Assembly (NCBI GenBank): GCA_002070955.1
Contig: MWEK01000002.1
Location: forward strand, 27,956 to 91,955
Length of the DNA: 64,000 nucleotides
Reading direction: 5' to 3'
DNA from: Planctomycetes bacterium ADurb.Bin069
GTDB taxonomy: Bacteria > Planctomycetota > UBA8108 > UBA8890 > UBA8898
Position numbers and translations under genes: made by a program. A model generated the notes under the pieces. The model searched no databases. It worked only from the letters and a program-made list of their open reading frames with translations, and was not told where the DNA came from. Within the stretch, counting starts at the first letter, position 1, and each line of letters begins with the position of its first letter. Shown here piece by piece: positions 25,494 to 34,802 of the stretch.

Positions 25494-27013
25494 CACCCGG
25501 CCCTCCCCTTCGCGCGACCCCCGCGCGCGGGCGCAAGCTCCCGCCGCGCCTGGGCCGCGACTCGGTCGAAAGACGGAAACTCGGGGCCGGTGAAAACCGC
25601 GGCGGCTTCGCCGTAAAGTCCGCGGGCGAAGTCCAAGTACGTCCGCGCCCCGTCGTCCTCGCCGCGCGCCGCGGCCCGCAGCGCTTCCCGCAGAAAGGCG
25701 CGGATCACGGCGAGAAGCTCGTCCCTCGTGGCGCGCTCGACATTGACCTTCCGGTAGATCCAGTCGTAGACGTAGTCCTCGCAGGCGACGCGCGGCGTCC
25801 CCGCGGGATCGAGTTCCGCCAGCTTCGCGAAATGCTCTTCCGCAAGCTCCCGCCCCCGCCGCGTGCCGCTGATGTAGGCCAACGGGATCGCACCCTTCAG
25901 AAATTGAATCCGGTCTTCCAGAAACGAGGCCTCCTGCTTGCGGTGATAGGAGTCGCCGGCCGCGCGCGCGGCGGCCTCGGCATACTCCCGGTCGATGGCC
26001 GCGAGCAACGCGATCTCGCCGCTCTGAAAGAGGCGCGTCAGCGCGCGGAGTTCCATGCGCCACAGCGCGATCGCATCCAGCCTAACCGCATCGGGCGCCA
26101 GTTGCTCCAGCCCGTGCCGCGCCCAGAACAGGACGAAGCTCTCCGGGCGCAGCAGGCCGACATCGCCGAAGCGCCCGTGCGCTTTGGCGACGACGTCCAT
26201 GCCGACGCCGAAGGTCCTTCTCCACGCCCGCGCACGGAGCCCGCGATCGTACGCTTCCAGCAGGGGATCCTCGCGCAACGCCGCCGCCAGAGCATCGGCC
26301 GCATCCCCCAGGACGGCCTCGGGCGCCGCCCACAGAGCCGTCCACCCGCCCTCGACATCGCCCACCCCCAGCGCGGCCAGCGTTTCCGCGAAGCGCGCCA
26401 CCGCGGGATCGCGCCGCAGCGCGGGCAGCAAAGCCTCGGCCGCCGCGAACGCGGCGGGATCCCAGGGCTCGGCCCCGAGGATTTCGCGCCCCGCGCTCTC
26501 GACTTCCGCCCGGTACCGCGGGCCGGCCGCGTCGATTTCGCCGCCGATCTTGTACGCCCAGAACCACGCGATCTCCCAGTGCAGCCCCAGGCTGCGCGGG
26601 TTCGCGGCCAGCCCGTCGCGCCACAGGAGTTCCACGGCGGCGCGCACGTAGGGCCAACGCTCCTCGGGCGGCAGCGAAGAAGGCACGTTGACGCCGAGAT
26701 TCCAAGCCTGAAAGCTCCAGCTTCCCTCCACACGGCTCTGCAGCATGGTGATCCAACGCGCGGCCTCCGCCGCGGCGAAGAACCGGCCCTCGTTCTGAAG
26801 CGTCTCGGCGTGGATCCAGAGGTAGTCGACCAGCAGGGCGCGGAAGCTCCCCAGGAGCGTGCTCGCAAGCTGGACCGCCGGCGGCAGGGAATCGCCCCGC
26901 TGCCGCTCCATGCCGCTCTGCATGGCCGGCCGGCATGCGCGCGTCCCGCGTTCCAGCAGCGCCGCCGCGCCCAGCGCCGCGGCCGCGCACAGAAGCGCGA
27001 TCCCCCGGCGCAT
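25493..27013 (-). CDS. orphan exported/anchored helical protein (506 aa), operon gene 7
   Basis: ATG 27013 (MRRGIALLCAAAALGAAALL). Trp-rich helical region LVDYLWIHAETLQNEGRFFAAAEAARWITMLQ...WSFQAWNLGVNV...LHWEIAWFWAYKIGGE. I recognise no family. Confidence 0.6.
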   Translation of the reverse strand: MRRGIALLCAAAALGAAALLERGTRACRPAMQSGMERQRGDSLPPAVQLASTLLGSFRALLVDYLWIHAETLQNEGRFFAAAEAARWITMLQSRVEGSWSFQAWNLGVNVPSSLPPEERWPYVRAAVELLWRDGLAANPRSLGLHWEIAWFWAYKIGGEIDAAGPRYRAEVESAGREILGAEPWDPAAFAAAEALLPALRRDPAVARFAETLAALGVGDVEGGWTALWAAPEAVLGDAADALAAALREDPLLEAYDRGLRARAWRRTFGVGMDVVAKAHGRFGDVGLLRPESFVLFWARHGLEQLAPDAVRLDAIALWRMELRALTRLFQSGEIALLAAIDREYAEAAARAAGDSYHRKQEASFLEDRIQFLKGAIPLAYISGTRRGRELAEEHFAKLAELDPAGTPRVACEDYVYDWIYRKVNVERATRDELLAVIRAFLREALRAAARGEDDGARTYLDFARGLYGEAAAVFTGPEFPSFDRVAAQARRELAPARGGRAKGRAG

Positions 27014-27014
27014 C

Positions 27015-28343
27015 TCAACCCCTCTTTCCCAGCTCGCGCCGCCTGAAGAGGAGCCACGCGAGCACAAGCGCCCCTCCGCCGCGGAGCAGCGTGCCGTGGG
27101 CCGCGACGGCGGCCGCGGCGCCAAAACCGATCGTTCGGCCTTCGACGAGTTCGACGCCTGGATCGATGCCCCGCGTCGTCGGGATGACCGCCAGCATGCC
27201 GGCGACGGCCTTCTGCCAAACGGCCCGCAGCGCCGGCGGGAGCGGCTCGGGCACCGCCTCGCCGTGGGAGTGGCCGCGCGTTCCCGTGAACTGCGCCGCC
27301 GCCTCGCTCAGCATGTTCGCGCTGAGCGCCGCGAACACGATCACCGCGGCGGCGAGCGCGCTCACCGCGCGGGACAGGGTCGCGCCGGACAGGACCGTGA
27401 ACCCGCCCACCGCCGCCGTGAAAGCGAAAAAGAGCAGCCCGGCGCGGGCGAGGTTGGCGCCGAACCCGATCTCGGGCAGATAGAGAGCGAGGCCGTCCTC
27501 CGGCGGGAAGTAGACGAGGAGCTTCCGGTCGGCGGGCAGGGTGACGGTGAGACCGAGGGCGCCGTCGGGGCCGATCGCCGCGCCGGGCAGGCGGAACTCG
27601 CAGGCCACGCCGTTTTGAAGCTCGCGGCGCACGATCTCGGTTCCCGCCCGGAACTCAACCTCGGCCAGTTCCAGCGGCGGAAACACGCGGGCCTTGACGC
27701 GCACCCGCACGCCGCCTTCGCGCGGCCCCGCATCAGGCCACACGATCGTCGCGGACTGTCCCTCCGTGAGGCGCCAGACGGCCAGGCTCTCGCGAGCCAT
27801 GGCGGCGACGCCGTCGGCACCGTGCCGCTCCAGGAAGGCCGCGTCGCGGCCGAGCGCCTCGGCCAGCTCGCGCGCCCGGCCGGCGGAGACCGGCTTGGGG
27901 GGCGCCGGGCGCACGGCGCAGCCGGTGAGCGCCTCGGTCTCAATGCCGAGCCTGCGGGCGCACACGCCGGCGCCGGCGCCGATGACCGCGCAACCGGCGG
28001 CAAGCACGGCGCCGGTGATCAGCGCGCCGGCGCAGAACCGCGCCGCTATGAACGCCGCCCGCGGCACGGGCCGCGTGCCCAGCAGAAGCGCCTGCCGTCC
28101 GGCGCGCTCGGCGCCGAAGAAGCGCAGCGGCAGGTACGCGATCAGGCCCACGCTGAAGCCCGCCAACAGCAGCCACGCCGCCGTCACGTAGAACTTGAGG
28201 TTCGCCTCCTTCGGCCCCTCGGCGGCGACGGCGAAAGCGAGCCCGAGGATGCCGGCATAGACGGCGGCGCACGCCGCCGCCAGACCGCGGCTGCGGAGCG
28301 CCTGCCTCAGCGCCAGCCCTATGAGCGCGCCTGTGCCCCGCAT
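27015..28343 (-). CDS. ABC-2 (NosY/COG1277-like) permease with large extracytoplasmic insert, operon gene 6
   Basis: ATG 28343. N-terminal TMs with motif ERAGRQALLLGTRPVPRAAFIAARFCAG, a soluble insert of about 170 aa, then C-terminal TMs. Confidence 0.65.
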   Translation of the reverse strand: MRGTGALIGLALRQALRSRGLAAACAAVYAGILGLAFAVAAEGPKEANLKFYVTAAWLLLAGFSVGLIAYLPLRFFGAERAGRQALLLGTRPVPRAAFIAARFCAGALITGAVLAAGCAVIGAGAGVCARRLGIETEALTGCAVRPAPPKPVSAGRARELAEALGRDAAFLERHGADGVAAMARESLAVWRLTEGQSATIVWPDAGPREGGVRVRVKARVFPPLELAEVEFRAGTEIVRRELQNGVACEFRLPGAAIGPDGALGLTVTLPADRKLLVYFPPEDGLALYLPEIGFGANLARAGLLFFAFTAAVGGFTVLSGATLSRAVSALAAAVIVFAALSANMLSEAAAQFTGTRGHSHGEAVPEPLPPALRAVWQKAVAGMLAVIPTTRGIDPGVELVEGRTIGFGAAAAVAAHGTLLRGGGALVLAWLLFRRRELGKRG

Positions 28344-29095
28344 GGCCGGCCGCCTCCTTGGATCGCCGCCAGGAAGAAGTCCTCCAGCGAGCGCGCGGCG
28401 CCGCCCTCGCCCGCGAGAAGCTCCGCCCTCGCGCCCGCGCACAAAACCCGGCCCCGATCGAGGATCGCGAAGCTGTCCGCGACCTCCTCCACCTCGCCCA
28501 GGATATGGCTGGAAAGAAACACGGTCCGGCCCAGCCCCTTAAGACGCAGAAGGAGATCCATGACGCTCCGGGTGCCGAGGGGGTCCAGACCTACGGTCGG
28601 CTCGTCGAGAAAGAGCAGCTCCGGGTCGCCCACGAGGGCCTGCGCCAGACACAGCCGCCGCAGCATGCCCTTGGAGAACTCCGCCGCGGGACGGCGGGCC
28701 GCGGCGCGCAGATCCACCAGTTCGAGCAGGTGCTCGGCGCGCGCCTTCGCCTCGTGCCGCGGCAGCCCGCATAATCCGGCATGCAGAAGCAGCGTCTCCC
28801 GCGCCGTCAAGAAGCCGTGGAGGTACGATTCCTCGGGAAGATACCCGATGCGCCCTCTGACCCGAAGGTCGCCGGGCGCCCCGCCGAGCACGATCGCCCG
28901 CCCCGCCGTCGGCGCCAGCAGCCCGAGGCAGATCTGCATGAGGGTCGACTTGCCCGCGCCGTTCCGCCCCAGCAGCGCAAAGATCTCGCCGCGGCCCACC
29001 GCCAGATCGACGTCCGCGAGGGCGCACACCCGCGGCCTTCCCCAGAAGTCCCGGAAGATCTTGCGCACGCCGGCCAGTTCAAGGACGTTCGCCAT
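28319..29095 (-). CDS. ABC transporter ATP-binding protein (NosF/CcmA-like)
   Basis: Walker A GRNGAGKSTL, Q-loop, signature-like FSKGMLRR, Walker B LLFLDEPTVGLD, H-loop SSHIL. Confidence 0.9.
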   Translation of the reverse strand: MANVLELAGVRKIFRDFWGRPRVCALADVDLAVGRGEIFALLGRNGAGKSTLMQICLGLLAPTAGRAIVLGGAPGDLRVRGRIGYLPEESYLHGFLTARETLLLHAGLCGLPRHEAKARAEHLLELVDLRAAARRPAAEFSKGMLRRLCLAQALVGDPELLFLDEPTVGLDPLGTRSVMDLLLRLKGLGRTVFLSSHILGEVEEVADSFAILDRGRVLCAGARAELLAGEGGAARSLEDFFLAAIQGGGRPCGAQARS

Positions 29096-30944
29096 CGCCG
29101 CGCTCGCTCGCCAGCCGTGCGCTGGACAGGAGCACCGCCAGCGCGCCCGCGTTCTGGACGATGGCCGCGGCCACCGGGCTCAGGTGCCCGAAGGCGGCCA
29201 GAAACATGCCGCAGACGATGAGCCCGCCGCCGATGACGAGGTTCTGCGCGGCGACGGCGCGGCTTCTGCGCGCGAGGGCGACCAGCGCCGTGATGCCCCG
29301 CAGATCGCTCCTGAGCAGCGCCACGTCGGCGCTCTCGATCGCGACCTCGTTGGTGCCCGATCCCACCGCCGCCGAAAGATCCCCCGCCGCCAGCGCCGGC
29401 GCGTCGTTGACGCCGTCGCCCGCCACGAGGACGCGGTGCCCTTCCTCCCGCAGGCGCCGCACGAAAGCGAGCTTCTCGTCGGGGAGGCACTCGGCGATGA
29501 ACTCGTCAATGCCCACGTCCGCCGCGGTGCGCTCCGACACTTCGCGCCGGTCGCCCGTCAGCATGACGATGCGGCCGACACCCGCGGCCCGGAGCGTCTC
29601 GATGGCGGCCCGCGCCTCGGGGCGCGCGCGGTCTTCCAAGGCGAAGGACCCCGCCAAGCTCCCGCCCACCGCGACGGCCAACGCCGAGAATCCGCGCAAC
29701 TCCTCCTCGAAGGGCGCCGGCCCGCCCAGGTCGACGCCCGCCTGGGCCAGGAATTCCGGCCGCCCGAGACGCACCTCGCGGCCGCCGACGGCGCCCACGA
29801 GCCCCCGTCCGGGCTCTTCGCGGACATCGCGCGCCTCGGGAAGCGCGATGCCGCGTTCGTGAGCGTACGCGCTCAGCGCCCGCGCCACGGGGTGCTGCGA
29901 CATCCGCGCCACGGCCGCGCCGTGGGCCACCACCGCTTCCTCCGCCCACGGCTCTCGCGCGAGGGCTCGCACGACGCGCAGCTCGCCGCAGGTCAGCGTG
30001 CCCGTCTTGTCGATGACCAGCGCCGAAACGCCGGCGGCGGTCTCCAGGCTCTGGGGCTTCTTGACAAGGATGCCGTTCCGCGACGCGCAGGCCAAGGCCG
30101 CCACGGCGGCGCTCGGCCCCGCGATGACGAGGGCCACCGGGCAGGCGGCGACGATGGTGCTGATCGCCCGGCCCCAGTCCTCGCTGAGCAGCAACACCAG
30201 GGCGGCCAGCATTATGACGACGGGCGGATACCAGCCCACCACGCGTTCCAACGCCCCGGCGAGGCGGGGCTTCGCCTTCCGCGCCTCGACGATGAGCCCC
30301 CGCACCCTGGCGAGCGTCGTGTCCTCGCCGACTTTGTCGATGCGCACGTCAAGCGCGCCGGTCAGGTTCAGCGTTCCGGCGTAGACCGGATCGCCCGGGG
30401 CCTTGTCGGCGGGCATGGCCTCGCCCGTGACCGAGGCCTCGTTCACCGCCGAGGCGCCGCGCTCGATGACGCCGTCGGCCGGCACCGCATCGCCGGGCAG
30501 GACTTTCACCCGTTCGTCCACCGCGAGATCCTGAACGGGAACCAGGTCCCACCCGCCGTCGCTCCGCAGCCGGCGGGCCGTCTTGGGAGCCAGCGCGCCC
30601 AGCGCCTCGACCGCCGTCAGGGCCCCCGAGGCGGTATGCTCCTCGAGCGCGAGGGCGCCCAGCATGAGGAGCGCCACGACGCCGGCGGTCAGATAATCGC
30701 CGAGGGCGAAACACGCCACCGCGGCCAGCGCGACGAGTTCATCGAGCCGGCGCTCGGGGCCCCGCAGGTTGCGCACCGCCCTGACGCACAGCAGCCCCGC
30801 GCACAGGACGGCGCCCGCGAGGCTCGCGAACTCCCCCGCGGCGCTTGAAACCCCGGCGCGCCCGATGAAGAAACCGTTCAGCAGCAGCGCCGCGCCCAGA
30901 GCGGCGGCCAGACGGGCGCGGCGGCGCGAGGGCCGGGCGCTCAT
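29079..30944 (-). CDS. P-type (P1B-like) cation-transporting ATPase without N-terminal metal-binding domain
   Basis: ATG 30944 overlaps the upstream stop as ATGA. Motifs VTGEAMP (TGE), AACPVAL in TM6, VIDKTGTLT, MLTGDRRE and GDGVNDAPAL. Confidence 0.9.
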   Translation of the reverse strand: MSARPSRRRARLAAALGAALLLNGFFIGRAGVSSAAGEFASLAGAVLCAGLLCVRAVRNLRGPERRLDELVALAAVACFALGDYLTAGVVALLMLGALALEEHTASGALTAVEALGALAPKTARRLRSDGGWDLVPVQDLAVDERVKVLPGDAVPADGVIERGASAVNEASVTGEAMPADKAPGDPVYAGTLNLTGALDVRIDKVGEDTTLARVRGLIVEARKAKPRLAGALERVVGWYPPVVIMLAALVLLLSEDWGRAISTIVAACPVALVIAGPSAAVAALACASRNGILVKKPQSLETAAGVSALVIDKTGTLTCGELRVVRALAREPWAEEAVVAHGAAVARMSQHPVARALSAYAHERGIALPEARDVREEPGRGLVGAVGGREVRLGRPEFLAQAGVDLGGPAPFEEELRGFSALAVAVGGSLAGSFALEDRARPEARAAIETLRAAGVGRIVMLTGDRREVSERTAADVGIDEFIAECLPDEKLAFVRRLREEGHRVLVAGDGVNDAPALAAGDLSAAVGSGTNEVAIESADVALLRSDLRGITALVALARRSRAVAAQNLVIGGGLIVCGMFLAAFGHLSPVAAAIVQNAGALAVLLSSARLASERGDGERP

Positions 30945-32026
30945 TGGGTCGGCTCCTTTCCGCCGCCGTCCGCCGCCGGCGCGAGCCGGTACTTGAAGTT
31001 CCGCCCTTCGCTCGTCGAAGCGAGCGGCCGGATATCGGCCCGGGCGAAGGCTCGGGCGCAGGCCTCGAGGATGAGGCGTCCCCGCAGCGAGCCGTCCCGC
31101 GCCATCGCGGCGGCGAGCTCGCGGGCCCGCGTCGCGTCCCGCCGGGCGCGCCCGAGGATCCGCCCGGCTTCGTTCTGCGCGGCGTTGACGATTTCGATGG
31201 CCCGCGCGGCCGCATCGGCCCCGCGCGCCGCGCACTCCTTCCGCGCCTCGGTGAAGGTCGCGAGGGCCGCGCTGGCCGCGTTCTGAGCCTTCACGAAGGC
31301 CTCCTCGACCTGGCGCGGCTCCCGCGGCCGCGCGACCGGCGAGATCTGCTGAAGCGCCAGTCCGCGCGCCGCCAGAAGCGGCGCGAGCTGCGCCTCGATG
31401 CGCCCGAAGTACTCGGCCTTGCCGCCGGACGCCTCATCCGTCGAGAGCAGGCGCACGGACAGCGCATTCCGCAGAACCGCCTCCGCCAGCAGCGTCTTGA
31501 CGAAAGCCCGCTCCCGGGCAAGATCGGCCTCGCGTCCCGCGCCGAAGTTGGCGTAGTAGCGCGCGCAGTCGCCCACGCGCCAGTCCGCGCGCACCTTCAG
31601 GTGCAGGATGGCGCCGTCGCCGCACAAGACGTAGCCGTCGCGGCCGGGCCTGAGGGATGGCGCCGCCGAGCGGCGCCGCAGGGCGCGCAGTTGATCCTCC
31701 GCTTCCTCCTTGTACCAGAACGAATCGGTAGTCGCCTGCCTGATCTCCTGGACGGGGATGATAACCCGCGCGCCCAGCGGCGGCGGCAGCGTCAAGTGCG
31801 TGCCGGATCTGTAAATCCGCGGCGCACCGTCGGGTTCCCGCGCGAGCCGTCCCAGGTTCAAGACCAGCGCCTCGTGCCCGTCGGGCACGACACACAGGCC
31901 CGACGCCACGTACAGCACGAGGCCCGCCCCCAGGCAGATCTTGAGCACCCGCAGCGTCACGCCGAGCGCAGCGGCGAGGGCGCGAGCGGGGCGCGAGGCG
32001 GCTCCGGGGTCCGTGGGGGCCTTCAC
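30941..32026 (-). CDS. SPFH/band-7 protein, HflK-like, operon gene 3
   Basis: GTG 32026 overlaps the upstream stop as GTGA. N-terminal TM, then CVVPDGHEALVLNLGRL...GDGAILHLKVRADWRV...VEEAFVKAQNAASAALATFTEA..., an HflK-like layout. Confidence 0.7.
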   Translation of the reverse strand: MKAPTDPGAASRPARALAAALGVTLRVLKICLGAGLVLYVASGLCVVPDGHEALVLNLGRLAREPDGAPRIYRSGTHLTLPPPLGARVIIPVQEIRQATTDSFWYKEEAEDQLRALRRRSAAPSLRPGRDGYVLCGDGAILHLKVRADWRVGDCARYYANFGAGREADLARERAFVKTLLAEAVLRNALSVRLLSTDEASGGKAEYFGRIEAQLAPLLAARGLALQQISPVARPREPRQVEEAFVKAQNAASAALATFTEARKECAARGADAAARAIEIVNAAQNEAGRILGRARRDATRARELAAAMARDGSLRGRLILEACARAFARADIRPLASTSEGRNFKYRLAPAADGGGKEPTQ

Positions 32027-32967
32027 CGCCGTTCCTCCGTTCCGGCGGCCCCGCCCGCGCCCGCCGGCGCCAGTTCCTTGAGAAGATCGAGGGGCGGAGT
32101 GTTCAGGTCCCAGACGATGGTCGTCGGCCCAGCGAACACCTCCTCGAGCGCCGTGAGTCGATCCAGGAAGGCCAGCAGATCTTTGTTGTCGACCGCGGCG
32201 AGCACGCCCGCCGCCTCGGCCTTGGCCTTGGCCGCGATTTCGCCCGCCCGGGTGCGGGCCTCGGCCAAGCTGCGTTCGTAATCGCGCTGCGCCTCCGCCT
32301 TGATCTTGCGCGCCTGGGCATCGCCCTCGGATTGGATGCGCGCCGCATCGCGTTCCTTGGCCTGGCGCATCTGAGCGAACACGCCCTCGGCCGCCTTCTC
32401 GGGCAGGACGAGTTGGTGGAAGCCCGCGGCGACGATCTCGATGCCGTAGGCCCCCAACGGCTCCCTGAGCAGGCGCGCGATCTCGGTCTCGATTTTCTCC
32501 AACTCCCCCGCGGCGCCGCCGCCCGACTGGGCGGGCGGCGCTTGCGTCAGCGCCGCGTAGCGGTGGCGCGCCAGCACGTCGTTGACGCCGCTGCGCAGCG
32601 CGCCGCCGATGAGCGGTTCCGCGGCCGCCTCCCGGCCCATGACCGCCTCGTGAAAGGCGCGCGGATCGCCGACACGCCACAGGACGAAGACGCCCGCCAC
32701 GACAAGCTGCCCGTCCGCCGTGCTCGCCTCCTCCAGGCCGCCCTCGAAGATCCGCTCGCGCATGTCGTAGCGGTACACCTTCTCGATGGGCCAAGGCCAC
32801 GTCAGATGCACCCCCGCGTCCCGCGGCGCCGCCAGCACGCGCACCGGGCTTCCGAATCGCACCGAGAGGGCGCCCTCGCCCTCGTGCAGGACGAAGGTCA
32901 CCGCGTAGATCGCCGCGGCCGCGACGACGGCCGACGCGCCGAGAATCCGTGGAAGCCGCGTTTTCAC
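32023..32967 (-). CDS. SPFH/band-7 protein, HflC-like, operon gene 2
   Basis: GTG 32967 overlaps the upstream stop as GTGA. TM, then FVLHEGEGALSVRFGSPV...VVAGVFVLWRVGDPRAFHEAV...GIEIVAAGFHQLVLPEKAAEGVFAQMRQAKERDAARIQSEGDAQA. Confidence 0.75.
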   Translation of the reverse strand: MKTRLPRILGASAVVAAAAIYAVTFVLHEGEGALSVRFGSPVRVLAAPRDAGVHLTWPWPIEKVYRYDMRERIFEGGLEEASTADGQLVVAGVFVLWRVGDPRAFHEAVMGREAAAEPLIGGALRSGVNDVLARHRYAALTQAPPAQSGGGAAGELEKIETEIARLLREPLGAYGIEIVAAGFHQLVLPEKAAEGVFAQMRQAKERDAARIQSEGDAQARKIKAEAQRDYERSLAEARTRAGEIAAKAKAEAAGVLAAVDNKDLLAFLDRLTALEEVFAGPTTIVWDLNTPPLDLLKELAPAGAGGAAGTEERR

Positions 32968-34802
32968 CGTTCTTCTCCCCCCGCGATCGGCAGGCGCCGA
33001 ACCTCGCCCGTATCCACCTCGAAAACCTCCGACCCGCCCGGCGCATCCGGCAGGATCAGCTTCGGCCGCGCGCCCGCGGCCTTGGCCAACGCCTCGAAAG
33101 CCATGCGCGGGCGCAAAATCGCGCCGAGCGCCTCCCAGAACGGCGCCAGTTCGCGCGCCGTGCTCGCGGCGGCCGCGCCGCGGGCTCTCGCGCGCAGGGC
33201 CTCGGCCTCGGCCTCGGCGGCGAGGACCTCGCCCTCGTACCGCGCCAACGCCCCGAGACGGATCCGTTCGGTCTCCGCGCCCACGATCTCCGCCTCGACC
33301 ACGGCGCGCAGCCGCGTCAAATCCTCGAAGGCCGGCCCCACTTCGGCGGGCATGTGGGCGCACTCGATCGCCGCGCAGCGGACCAGCACGCCGTAAGGCG
33401 CGGCGCGCTCCTTGAGGCCTTCCGTCAGGCGCCGCCCGAGGGCGGCCCGTTCCGGCGCAAAGAACGCCCGCGGGTCGGTCGCGGCCGCGATGTGGACGAG
33501 TTCCCGCCGCAGGAGCGCTTCCACGACGGCCTCAGGCCGCGCCGCCGTGTAAGCGAACGCCGCCGGATCGGCCACCGAGAACTGCACGGAAGCCGTCAGG
33601 GCGAGGAGCCCCTTGGCCTCGGCGCTCTCGCCCCACGCCGGCGTCAGGAGGCGCAGCTCCTTGCCGTGCTCCGTATCCCACAGATGCACGCCGGCCTCGT
33701 GCGCGTGGGCGCCGCTCTCCTCTCCGCCCTTCCGGCCCTCGCCCGCGAGGACGACTCTCACCAGGCTCGTGTCGACGGGGCGCAGGCGTTCGACGGGCCA
33801 GGGCAGCTTCAGGGAGACGCCGGGAGGTCGGACCGCGCCGCGCCGGGCTCCCCAGCGCTCGACAAGCGCCGCGCGTCCGGGCTCGACCCACGCGATGCAG
33901 GAAAGCAGCAGGAAGATCGCGCCCGCCAAAAGCAGGAAGGGCAGCGCGCCGTCCAGCAGCGCGCGCCGCACCGAAGCGCCGCTCGCGGTGATGCCGAAAT
34001 TGTACGCCAGCGCCTCGCGCGCCCGGCGCAATACGCCCGCGGGCGCGCCGACCAATTCCACCAGGCGGCTTCTCCCGGGGGCCGGCTCGTGTTTGCCCAG
34101 CCCGTACGCCCGGCCGAGGAACGCCGCGGCCTTCTCGAGGGCCAGCGCCGCGAACCACCACGGCGCGAACCTATCCGCCAGGGCGGGAGCGCCCGCCCAA
34201 GCCGCGTGCCCGGCGGCGCAGACCAACCCCGCGGCGAAGGCCAGAATCCCTCCCCCCGCCAGCCACGCCGCCGCCGGAGCCAGGGGCCGAAAGGCCTCGC
34301 TCTCGCTCACCGCCGCCAGGTAGCGGCCCCCGACGTACGCCGCCGCAGCAAGCACGCCGAGAAAGGGGACCGCGACGACCGGCTGCGCGGTCGCGCCCGG
34401 CGCGGCGATGAAGAAACGCCATGCAATGAGGCCGGCGGCGGCCAGAAGCACGCCATCGGCCGGCGGCCCCAGCCGCCGCGCCGCCTGCGCGCGCTGTTCC
34501 GCGGGCGCGGCCCGCGCCACGCCGCTGAAGAGGCTTTCACCGCCCGTGCGCAAAGCGAGCGCCGCATCCTCGTCGGCGCGCTCGGCGCTGACGCGGAAGG
34601 CGCGGAACTGCGCGTAAGCGGCGAGCGCCGGGACGGCAGCCAGCAGAAAGTGCCACGCGAGGCCCGCCAGCGCGGCGCTCGCGAGCGCCGCGCCGAGCAC
34701 GTGCACGCCCACCCCCGCCGCGCAGGCAAGCCCGGCGACAAGCAGCGCGGCCCCTTCGCCGCGGCGCTCGATGCCTTTGGTCATGCTGGCGGGTGCGGAC
34801 AT
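32964..34802 (-). CDS. polytopic membrane protein with C-terminal SPFH domain (612 aa), operon gene 1
   Basis: ATG 34802 (alternative 34784). About 7 hydrophobic helices in the first 330 aa, then WVEPGRAALVERWGARRG...LKLPWPVERL...ALTASVQFSVADPAAF...GVLVRCAAIECAHMPAEVGPAFEDL, which is SPFH-like. Confidence 0.7.
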   Translation of the reverse strand: MSAPASMTKGIERRGEGAALLVAGLACAAGVGVHVLGAALASAALAGLAWHFLLAAVPALAAYAQFRAFRVSAERADEDAALALRTGGESLFSGVARAAPAEQRAQAARRLGPPADGVLLAAAGLIAWRFFIAAPGATAQPVVAVPFLGVLAAAAYVGGRYLAAVSESEAFRPLAPAAAWLAGGGILAFAAGLVCAAGHAAWAGAPALADRFAPWWFAALALEKAAAFLGRAYGLGKHEPAPGRSRLVELVGAPAGVLRRAREALAYNFGITASGASVRRALLDGALPFLLLAGAIFLLLSCIAWVEPGRAALVERWGARRGAVRPPGVSLKLPWPVERLRPVDTSLVRVVLAGEGRKGGEESGAHAHEAGVHLWDTEHGKELRLLTPAWGESAEAKGLLALTASVQFSVADPAAFAYTAARPEAVVEALLRRELVHIAAATDPRAFFAPERAALGRRLTEGLKERAAPYGVLVRCAAIECAHMPAEVGPAFEDLTRLRAVVEAEIVGAETERIRLGALARYEGEVLAAEAEAEALRARARGAAAASTARELAPFWEALGAILRPRMAFEALAKAAGARPKLILPDAPGGSEVFEVDTGEVRRLPIAGGEER

